A stretch of DNA of 41,932 nt from assembly GCA_964003875.1 (NCBI GenBank), contig CAXFLH010000002.1:1-41932 (forward strand), read 5' to 3'. Source of the stretch: an uncultured Flavobacteriales bacterium (GTDB lineage Bacteria > Bacteroidota > Bacteroidia > Flavobacteriales > UBA7312). The notes under the pieces were generated by a model. That model was not told the DNA's origin, did not search any database, and saw nothing but the letters and a program-made list of their open reading frames with translations. Positions 1-6,861 of this stretch are shown one piece after another; the first letter of the stretch is position 1, and every line of letters begins with the position of its first letter. The position numbers and the translations under genes were made by a program.

Positions 1-2
1 TG

Positions 3-452
3 ATATATGGTGCAATCTTAACCGATAGAAATAAAGTTGGTCCTTCAACAATAAAGGAGTCTATTAAATCTATAAAAAAAGGAAAGATTTTAGGAATTTT
101 TCCTGAAGGAGGTATTACTAGCACCGAGCTTACGAAGGCAAAACCTGGTGCTATATTTATTGCTAGTAAAGCAAACACAAAAATACTTCCTGTTTCTATA
201 AGCGGTGGAGATAATGCATGGGACGATTTACTCAGTGGTATTCGATCAAGAATTACTGTTAATATAGGTAAACCATTTGGCCCCTTTGATATAAAGGGTA
301 GCAAAGAAGAAAAGATTTCTAAGTTAGAGGACTATAGCCAAGAGTTAATGTGCCGTATTGCTGCTTTACTGCCAGACGATAGGCACGGTGAGTATTCTAA
401 CGATAAAAGAATAACTAAATACCGAAACGAAAATAAATTAAATTTGTTTTAG
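3..452 (+). CDS. Lysophospholipid (PlsC-type) acyltransferase family protein, C-terminal part; the 5' end lies outside the window
   Basis: The reading frame is uninterrupted from the window edge (codon phase from nt 3) to TAG at 450-452. The translation contains KKGKILGIFPEGGITS and KILPVSISGG, i.e. the FPEG block of glycerolipid acyltransferases. It is missing from the ORF track only because no start codon lies in the window. Confidence 0.55.
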   Translation: MYGAILTDRNKVGPSTIKESIKSIKKGKILGIFPEGGITSTELTKAKPGAIFIASKANTKILPVSISGGDNAWDDLLSGIRSRITVNIGKPFGPFDIKGSKEEKISKLEDYSQELMCRIAALLPDDRHGEYSNDKRITKYRNENKLNLF

Positions 453-454
453 TA

Positions 455-1240
455 TTATTGAAAGTCAGTAATAATACTGCTGATACAACAGGTTAGGTTT
501 TTTGCAAAAGGGATATGCAGAAATTCATTTGGGCCATGAGCATTGGATTGAGGGCCTAATACTCCTGTAATCACGAATTGTGCCTCTGGAAATTGTTTTC
601 CGAGCATAGCCATAAAAGGAATAGTACCGCCTTCTCCGATTGTGCAAGGCATTTGGTTAAAATATTTTTTTGATGCTTTTTCAATAGCGTCTAATAACCA
701 AGTTTTGCTTTCCGGTGCGTTCCAACCTTCAGCGGCTTCTTCAAATTCTAATTCTACTGATGCTCCGTACGGAATATCACTTTTTAATATATTTTCTATC
801 GCATTAACAGCTTTTTTAGGGTCTACCATTGGTGGTATTCTCATGGATAATTGTAGTGTGGTGTAAGGCCTTAATACATTTCCCGCATTTGCTGTAGATG
901 GCATTCCATCAGAACCTACAATGGATAAAGCTGGTTTCCATGTTCTTCTTAAAACTCCTTCAACATTATTATTGTCGTAAAGGCCAAAAGCTGATTTTAT
1001 GGTGCGGTCAGCACTTTTTTGTGATTCTGTAATTTTGGCGTGTAGAATAACAAAGTTCTTATCTAACAATTGAATAGTTTCTTTGGAAACATTACGCATT
1101 TCTTCAAAGGAAGACACCGACTTTTTCCATAGCCATTCGTATACTTGTTTGGCCCGAAAAGTGGGCATATCATTCTCTTTGAAAAAGGCCTTAAGTTCGT
1201 CTAAGGTAAGTGTGCGAATATTTTTTTTATCTAAAGACAT
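455..1240 (-). pseudogene. In-frame chimera of an rlmN 5' fragment (about 96 codons) and the 3' third of an M20-family dipeptidase gene (about 165 codons)
   Basis: This is the 261-aa ORF from the track. Residues 1 to about 96 (MSLDKKNIRTLTLDELKAFF...FRAKQVYEWLW...SFEEMRNVSKET...VEGVL) read like the N-terminal accessory domain of RlmN and stop just before the expected VLIP...CxxxCxxC radical-SAM region. Residues from about 97 (RTWKPALSIVGSDGMP..AGNVLRP..GWNAP..GEGGTIPFM..GVLGPQSNAHGPNEFLHIP) read like only the C-terminal third of M20 dipeptidases. The junction maps to about nt 947-955. Neither catalytic core is present. Confidence 0.65.
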
Positions 1241-1248
1241 AGAGCGTA

Positions 1249-1256
1249 CAAAGATA
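1249..1256 (-). promoter_or_regulatory. Candidate Bacteroidota -7 box (TAnnTTTG) for the rlmN-fragment ORF
   Basis: The reverse complement of CAAAGATA is TATCTTTG, 8 nt upstream of the minus-strand ATG at 1240. It is the mirror image of the box at 1258-1265. Confidence 0.4.
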
Positions 1257-1257
1257 C

Positions 1258-1265
1258 TATCTTTG
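1258..1265 (+). promoter_or_regulatory. Candidate Bacteroidota -7 box (TAnnTTTG) for the amidohydrolase gene
   Basis: TATCTTTG lies 8 nt upstream of the ATG at 1274, inside the right arm of the palindrome. Confidence 0.4.
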
Positions 1266-1273
1266 TACGCTCT

Positions 1274-2407
1274 ATGCGCTACTTAACATCAGATATCATT
1301 TTTACGGCTTTTTCTAGCCCCATTTATGATGGTGTTATTGTCGTTGACGATGAGGGAAGAATTGTAGATTTACTAGAGAATAAGCAACAGATAGATTATG
1401 CTAATTTAGAATATTTTAGAGGTGCTCTTTGTCCTGGATTTATCAACACCCATTGTCATTTAGAGTTGTCACACTTGCAGGGAGAGTTAGCCCCAAAAAC
1501 AGGATTACCTCATTTTATTAACTCTATAGGTCAAATGAGAAAGGCTAGTCAGCGACGAAAAGACGATGCCTTAAAGTTAGCAGATAGACAGATGTATAAT
1601 AATGGCATTGTGGCTGTAGCTGATATTAGTAATACAGCAGATTCTTTTTCTACAAAAGCTAATAGTGCCATTTACTATTACACCTTTATCGAATTATTTG
1701 CATCTAACCCTCATAAAGCTGAAGAAGTATTTGAACGAGGGTTGAAACTAAGCCAAGAATGTAGCATACCCAACTCTTTGACACCTCACGCGAACTATTC
1801 CGTTTCTTTACCACTTTTCGAAAAGATTAAACACCATAATAAGGGAGAAATTATCAGTATACATAGTCAAGAAACGCCTGAGGAAGACACTATGTTTTTG
1901 AAGGGTAGAGGTCAATTGTTGTCACAACTTATTGCAAAAGACTTTTTCAAGTACACTGGTAAGACTGCACTTCAAAGCACCCTTCCTTTATTACCAGAAT
2001 CTCCTATTTTATTAGTGCATAATACCTTTACCAAAGAAGAAGATATGTTAGAAGCCATTTCTAATTTCGATAAGCTTTATTGGTGTACCTGCCCCAAAGC
2101 TAATTTATATATAGAAAATCAATTGCCTAACTACCAACAGTTTGTAGATGCTCAAGCTAAAATGACAATTGGAACAGATAGTTTAGCGTCTAACGATACC
2201 CTATCTATTTTGGAAGAAATGAAAACGATACAAGCTCATGTTTCTTTGGAACTATTGATGGTATGGGCATGTAAAAACGGTGCTGAGTTCCTTGGACTTG
2301 ATGCTTTAGGGACTTTTCAAAAAGGTAAAATGCCTGGCATCAATTACATCAATAATATCGTAGATGGTAAGTTAACAGCAGACAGTCAAGTTAAAAAGTT
2401 ATTCTGA
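1274..2407 (+). CDS. Amidohydrolase-superfamily metal-dependent hydrolase (chlorohydrolase/deaminase-like)
   Basis: 377-aa ORF. It has the N-terminal metal-binding signature GFINTHCHLELS (HxH motif), later histidines (SIHSQE, LVHNTF) and a DS motif (TIGTDSLASN), as is typical of this superfamily. The substrate cannot be assigned from sequence alone. Confidence 0.75.
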   Translation: MRYLTSDIIFTAFSSPIYDGVIVVDDEGRIVDLLENKQQIDYANLEYFRGALCPGFINTHCHLELSHLQGELAPKTGLPHFINSIGQMRKASQRRKDDALKLADRQMYNNGIVAVADISNTADSFSTKANSAIYYYTFIELFASNPHKAEEVFERGLKLSQECSIPNSLTPHANYSVSLPLFEKIKHHNKGEIISIHSQETPEEDTMFLKGRGQLLSQLIAKDFFKYTGKTALQSTLPLLPESPILLVHNTFTKEEDMLEAISNFDKLYWCTCPKANLYIENQLPNYQQFVDAQAKMTIGTDSLASNDTLSILEEMKTIQAHVSLELLMVWACKNGAEFLGLDALGTFQKGKMPGINYINNIVDGKLTADSQVKKLF

Positions 2408-3073
2408 CATTAAATTGATATAAGCCTGAACTTTCTTTAAGTCTTCTAGTGTTGTGATTTTGATGTTTTCTTTATTGCCTTGAATAAGTTGTATCTCTAT
2501 TCCCATAGCTTCTACTACTGAAGCGTCATCAGTAAATGTAGGCGAATAGTCTTGTTGGTAGGCTTTTAGCAAGACCTCACTGCTAAAACATTGAGGTGTT
2601 TGAACAATAAGGTATTCGTCTCTATTAACAACAACACTTCCACTATCGGTTTTTTGTCTTAAGCTTTCCTCAATAGCTATGACTGGAATTGCAGCTCCTT
2701 TCTCTTGTGCTGTCTGCATACATTCATTCACCACACTATTTTTAACTAAGGGACGAACGCCATCATGTACGGCAATGACAGATTGCTCATTAACTTTTTT
2801 CAAAGCATTACAAACCGACTCAAAGCGTGTGTTGCCACCTTCAACAACTTGATGATTCACTTTAAATTGGTGTTCTTGACAAAGTTTTTTCCAAGTGTCG
2901 AACTCAGATTTGGGTAGTGCTAATATGATCTCAGAATGGTCTAAACTTTGGTGCATTTTTTCAATGGTATGCATCAAAATAGGCTTAGAATTGAGGTCTA
3001 AAAACTGCTTAGGGATAGTAGAACCCATTCGGCTTCCGCTACCCCCAGCAACTATGATAATATATTGTCTCAC
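2399..3073 (-). CDS. ispD: 2-C-methyl-D-erythritol 4-phosphate cytidylyltransferase
   Basis: 224 aa. The N-terminal IIVAGGSGSRMGSTIPKQFL nucleotidyltransferase loop and overall length match IspD. The start codon is GTG, 2 nt after the queA stop. The 3' end overlaps the convergent amidohydrolase gene by 9 nt. Confidence 0.9.
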   Translation of the reverse strand: MRQYIIIVAGGSGSRMGSTIPKQFLDLNSKPILMHTIEKMHQSLDHSEIILALPKSEFDTWKKLCQEHQFKVNHQVVEGGNTRFESVCNALKKVNEQSVIAVHDGVRPLVKNSVVNECMQTAQEKGAAIPVIAIEESLRQKTDSGSVVVNRDEYLIVQTPQCFSSEVLLKAYQQDYSPTFTDDASVVEAMGIEIQLIQGNKENIKITTLEDLKKVQAYINLMSE

Positions 3074-3075
3074 TC

Positions 3076-4134
3076 TTATAATATCAGCATGGCATCACCA
3101 TAAGTAAAGAAGTTGTATTTTTCTTTAATGGCTTCTTCGTATGCGTTCATTATTAAATCGTGACCACCAAAAGCACTAACCATCATCAATAAGGTAGATT
3201 TTGGAGTGTGAAAGTTGGTAATCATGCAATTGGCAATATTGAAATCGTAAGGAGGATAAATGAATTTATTAGTCCAGCCTGTAAAAGGAGTCATTAGCCC
3301 TTGAGTAGTTACTGATGTTTCAATAGCTCTCATAGAGGTTGTTCCAACGGCACAAACTCTTCTTTTTTCTTTGATACCTGTATTAATGGTATTTGTCGTT
3401 TCCTCGCTAATGATAACTTCTTCAGAGTCCATTTTGTGTTTACTTAAATCCTCTACCTCTACTGGTCTAAAAGTACCTAGTCCAATGTGTAGGGTGAGGT
3501 TAGCAAACTCAAGTCCTTTGATTTCTAATCGCTTCATGAGCTCACGACTGAAGTGCAATCCTGCTGTTGGCGCAGCTACAGCACCTTCCGTTTTAGCATA
3601 GATGGTTTGATAGCGTTCTTCATCTTCAGCGTCTGGCTCTCTTTTGATGTATTTTGGTAATGGAGTTTCACCTAGTTCAGTAAGTTTTTCTCTAAACTCT
3701 TCATAACTACCATCATAAAGAAAACGCAAGGTTCTACCTCGAGAAGTGGTGTTGTCAATAACTTCTGCCACTAAACTATCGTCTTCTCCAAAGTATAATT
3801 TATTACCAATTCTTATTTTACGGGCTGGGTCTACCAAAACGTCCCACAATAAATTTTCTTTATTTAATTCTCTTAATAAAAAGACTTCTATTCTAGCACC
3901 AGTCTTTTCTTTGTTACCATACATCCTAGCAGGAAAAACTTTGGTGTCGTTGAAAATCATAACATCACCTTCATCGAAATAGTCCACCAAATCTTTAAAT
4001 TGTCTATGTTCGATTTCACCTGTTTTTCTATTGACTACCATTAGTCGAGATTCGTCTCGGTTGTTAGCAGGTCTTTCTGCTAAAAGTTCTTCTGGTAATT
4101 CAAAATTAAATTGTGAGAGCTTTCTTTTTATCAT
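3076..4134 (-). CDS. queA: S-adenosylmethionine:tRNA ribosyltransferase-isomerase
   Basis: 352 aa. It has the N-terminal [15 protein letters not shown] motif, the TAGLHF motif and the C-terminal GDAMLI tail characteristic of QueA. Confidence 0.92.
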   Translation of the reverse strand: MIKRKLSQFNFELPEELLAERPANNRDESRLMVVNRKTGEIEHRQFKDLVDYFDEGDVMIFNDTKVFPARMYGNKEKTGARIEVFLLRELNKENLLWDVLVDPARKIRIGNKLYFGEDDSLVAEVIDNTTSRGRTLRFLYDGSYEEFREKLTELGETPLPKYIKREPDAEDEERYQTIYAKTEGAVAAPTAGLHFSRELMKRLEIKGLEFANLTLHIGLGTFRPVEVEDLSKHKMDSEEVIISEETTNTINTGIKEKRRVCAVGTTSMRAIETSVTTQGLMTPFTGWTNKFIYPPYDFNIANCMITNFHTPKSTLLMMVSAFGGHDLIMNAYEEAIKEKYNFFTYGDAMLIL

Positions 4135-4165
4135 GATGTTCTTGTATTCTAAGTAAAAAAGTGCG

Positions 4166-4173
4166 CAAATATA
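4166..4173 (-). promoter_or_regulatory. Candidate -7 box (TATATTTG) for queA-ispD
   Basis: The reverse complement of CAAATATA matches TAnnTTTG, 31 nt upstream of the queA ATG, in the only sizeable gap (44 bp) of the minus-strand gene string. Confidence 0.4.
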
Positions 4174-4178
4174 CTAAA

Positions 4179-4886
4179 TTAATGTTCAGTTGCTTGATTA
4201 TTTGTGAGAGAAAAAGAGTCTATAAACTCTTGAATGTCAATTGCTTGACTTAGTTCAAACTTTCCAATTCTTGTTCTTGTTAGTTGGCTCAAGTGTGCGC
4301 CGCTATTGAGGTTTTTTCCAAACGTTTGTGCTAACGAACGGATATAAGTCCCTTTGCTACATACAATTCTAACATGGACTTTTGGCATCTCTACTTTTAT
4401 TATTTCAAATTTTGAAACATGAACCATTCTCTCTTTTATTTTTACATCTTCTCCTTTTCTAGCATGTTCGTAAAGGCGTTTGCCATCCTGTTTTATTGCT
4501 GAATAAATAGGTGGTGTTTGCAAGATATTACCTGTCAATGATTCAGCATTTATTTTGAGCATATCTTCGGTGATATGATTGTAATCGAAGGTTTCATTGA
4601 CTTCTGTTTCCAAATCAAAAGAGGAAGTCGTTGCACCCAATGTAAATTCGGCTGTATATTCTTTCTCTTGAGCTTGAAATTCATTAATACGTTTGGTGAA
4701 TTTACCGGTACAAACTATGAGAAGTCCATCGGCTAAAGGGTCTAGTGTGCCGGCATGGCCTACTTTTATCTTTTTAATATTAAGAGCTGTACGGAGAGTA
4801 TTGCGTATTTTTTTTACTGCATCAAAAGAAGTCCATCGCAACGGTTTATTGATAAGTAAAGTATGCCCCTCTAAGTAATCAATCAT
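4179..4886 (-). CDS. truB: tRNA pseudouridine(55) synthase
   Basis: 235 aa. GHAGTLDPLADGLL contains the catalytic Asp motif of TruB, and PPIYSAIK and GTYIRSLA motifs are present. Confidence 0.92.
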   Translation of the reverse strand: MIDYLEGHTLLINKPLRWTSFDAVKKIRNTLRTALNIKKIKVGHAGTLDPLADGLLIVCTGKFTKRINEFQAQEKEYTAEFTLGATTSSFDLETEVNETFDYNHITEDMLKINAESLTGNILQTPPIYSAIKQDGKRLYEHARKGEDVKIKERMVHVSKFEIIKVEMPKVHVRIVCSKGTYIRSLAQTFGKNLNSGAHLSQLTRTRIGKFELSQAIDIQEFIDSFSLTNNQATEH

Positions 4887-5690
4887 CTAAAGTACAGTGA
4901 AAATAATAGCCAAAATTCCTATGGTAAAACAGTAGTAAGAAAAATACTTAAGCTGACTTCTTTTGACTAGTGATATCATCCATTTACAAGCGATTAGACC
5001 TGTAATAAAGGCAGCCACGAATCCAGCTAGTAGGGGAATTAGAGCAGCACTTTCGGATGCCATCTCACCGCTTAAAATGTCTTTTGCCATCTTGCCAAAG
5101 ATGAGAGGAACAACCATTAAAAAAGAAAATCGTGCTGCCTTTTCTCTATCAATGCCAAGAATAACAGATGTAGAAATAGTAGCTCCTGATCTTGAAATAC
5201 CTGGAAGAATAGCAATAGCCTGAGCTATACCGATAATTAAGGATTGTCCAAAGCTGACAGATTGAGTTGTATTCTTAGCTTTATCAGCAATAAAAAGGAG
5301 TAAACCAGTAACGATTAGCATACTGCCAACGAATAAAATTCTACCACCAAAGAGAGAATCTATTTGCTCATCAAAAAGCACTCCAACTACTGCTGCAGGA
5401 ACCATAGAAATAATAATCTTTAATGAAAACCGAAACTCTTCATTCCATTTAAATTGTAGTAATCCTCTGAAAATTTGGGCGACTTCATCTCTAAAAATAA
5501 AGAGAGTACTTAGAGCTGTAGCAGCGTGTAGCACTACCGTCATTAAAATATTTTCTTCTGGCAAGCCCTCACTACCAAAATGCTCAAGAATAAAGGTCGT
5601 TATTTCTAAATGACCACTGCTACTAACAGGTAAAAATTCAGTAAGTCCTTGAACAATCCCTAGTAGGATAGCTGCAAAAATACTACTCAT
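4887..5690 (-). CDS. uppP: Undecaprenyl-diphosphate phosphatase
   Basis: GLTEFLPVSSSGHL and PGISRSGATIS are signature BacA/UppP motifs. I place the start at the internal Met (MSSIFAAILLG, ATG at 5690) rather than the track start at 5723. That leaves only an 8-nt overlap with the upstream gene and gives a canonical N-terminus. Confidence 0.9.
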   Translation of the reverse strand: MSSIFAAILLGIVQGLTEFLPVSSSGHLEITTFILEHFGSEGLPEENILMTVVLHAATALSTLFIFRDEVAQIFRGLLQFKWNEEFRFSLKIIISMVPAAVVGVLFDEQIDSLFGGRILFVGSMLIVTGLLLFIADKAKNTTQSVSFGQSLIIGIAQAIAILPGISRSGATISTSVILGIDREKAARFSFLMVVPLIFGKMAKDILSGEMASESAALIPLLAGFVAAFITGLIACKWMISLVKRSQLKYFSYYCFTIGILAIIFTVL

Positions 5691-5904
5691 CTTTAGCCTT
5701 ATGTAATATAGCGAAGACCTCAATTACTAGTCCTGTGATAAGGAAGATTACAGAAAGTGTCATTCTTCTAAAGCTGAAGATGGCATCGCTAAAAACATTA
5801 GGATCTTCAGACTTTCCTCCGGTCATCAATATATAGCCTGTGATAATAAGGATAACACCTAAAATCATAAGCTGATAGTTTCTTTTTCCAAAATTAAATT
5901 CCAT
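5683..5904 (-). CDS. DUF3098-type small membrane protein
   Basis: 73 aa with two predicted TM helices. The N-terminus FNFGKRNYQLMILGVILIITGYILM and its position between ftsX and uppP are typical of the Bacteroidota DUF3098 family. Confidence 0.7.
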   Translation of the reverse strand: MEFNFGKRNYQLMILGVILIITGYILMTGGKSEDPNVFSDAIFSFRRMTLSVIFLITGLVIEVFAILHKAKDE

Positions 5905-5908
5905 AGTT

Positions 5909-6787
5909 TTAATGATATAAATCGTTTTCGTTCATTTTAAGGTATTTACCAACGGAAAAGTTGGTTACAATAGTACTTATCAATACGCCAAAAATAAGAA
6001 TAGCAACAAAGATTATTCCAATGGTTGGCATATCTTCAAGTAATAATAGTTCTGGCATTTCTTTGTGTATGCTAAACAAAGCAATAATTAAAAATACGAT
6101 CCCTATTAAAGCAGAAAAAACACCTTGTAGGATACCATTTCTTAAAAACGGCTTTCTTATAAAAGCGTTGGTAGCGCCTACTAGTTTCATAGATTGTATG
6201 GTAAAACGCTGTGAGTAAACCGTCAATCGAATGGTATTATTGATTAAAGCGATAGCAACAATTAATAGCAAAGCGCAAAAGGAAACTAAAATTACACTTA
6301 GTTTTCTAACATTGGTATTGATGGCGGCTATCAGATCCTTTTGAATGATTATTTCTTTGATAATGGGGTTTTTTTGCAAATCTTTTTCGATAGCATCAAT
6401 ACGGCTTTCATCGGCATATTCGGCATTCATGTAGACATCAATAGATGCAGATAATGGGTTAAAGCCCAGAAAGCTAATGAAATCTTCTCCTAAATCGCTT
6501 TCTAAAATTCTGGCAGCATCTTCTTTGCTAACAAATTCGGTGCTTTTAATCTGTGGCGAAGCATCTAAACTTTTTTGAAGTTGAAGGCGGTCTACCTTTT
6601 TTATGTTTTCTTGAAGAATTAATGTGAAGCCTACGTTTTCTTTGATATAATTCGTTAAACGATGCGTGTTAAGGAAAATGAAGCCCATACTGCCTAACAT
6701 CAGCAAAACCAAAGATATACTTAGCACAGTAGATAAAGAAGAGGTTCTAAGCTTACGCTTTATATGTCTTTCTTGCGCTTGTTTCAT
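5909..6787 (-). CDS. ftsX: Cell division protein FtsX-like permease
   Basis: 292 aa. It has one N-terminal TM helix, a periplasmic domain, then three C-terminal TM helices with the FtsX-type MKLVGAT motif. Confidence 0.85.
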   Translation of the reverse strand: MKQAQERHIKRKLRTSSLSTVLSISLVLLMLGSMGFIFLNTHRLTNYIKENVGFTLILQENIKKVDRLQLQKSLDASPQIKSTEFVSKEDAARILESDLGEDFISFLGFNPLSASIDVYMNAEYADESRIDAIEKDLQKNPIIKEIIIQKDLIAAINTNVRKLSVILVSFCALLLIVAIALINNTIRLTVYSQRFTIQSMKLVGATNAFIRKPFLRNGILQGVFSALIGIVFLIIALFSIHKEMPELLLLEDMPTIGIIFVAILIFGVLISTIVTNFSVGKYLKMNENDLYH

Positions 6788-6835
6788 TACGTTTGCTAAG
6801 GTAATAATTTTTAGTGCTTAGTTGTGACGATTGAT

Positions 6836-6843
6836 TAACTTTG
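6836..6843 (+). promoter_or_regulatory. Candidate -7 box (TAACTTTG) for leuS
   Basis: Matches TAnnTTTG 18 nt upstream of the leuS ATG at 6862. Confidence 0.45.
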
Positions 6844-6861
6844 CTTTCAAAATAATTTAGA

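Larger units (their letters stand above)
1238..1276. repeat. Perfect 39-bp palindrome (19-nt arms, single central C at 1257) covering the whole divergent intergenic region plus both start codons
   Basis: Read directly: CATAGAGCGTACAAAGATA-C-TATCTTTGTACGCTCTATG. The left arm is the exact reverse complement of the right arm. CAT at 1238-1240 is the ATG of the minus-strand ORF, and ATG at 1274-1276 starts the plus-strand amidohydrolase. Confidence 0.95.
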
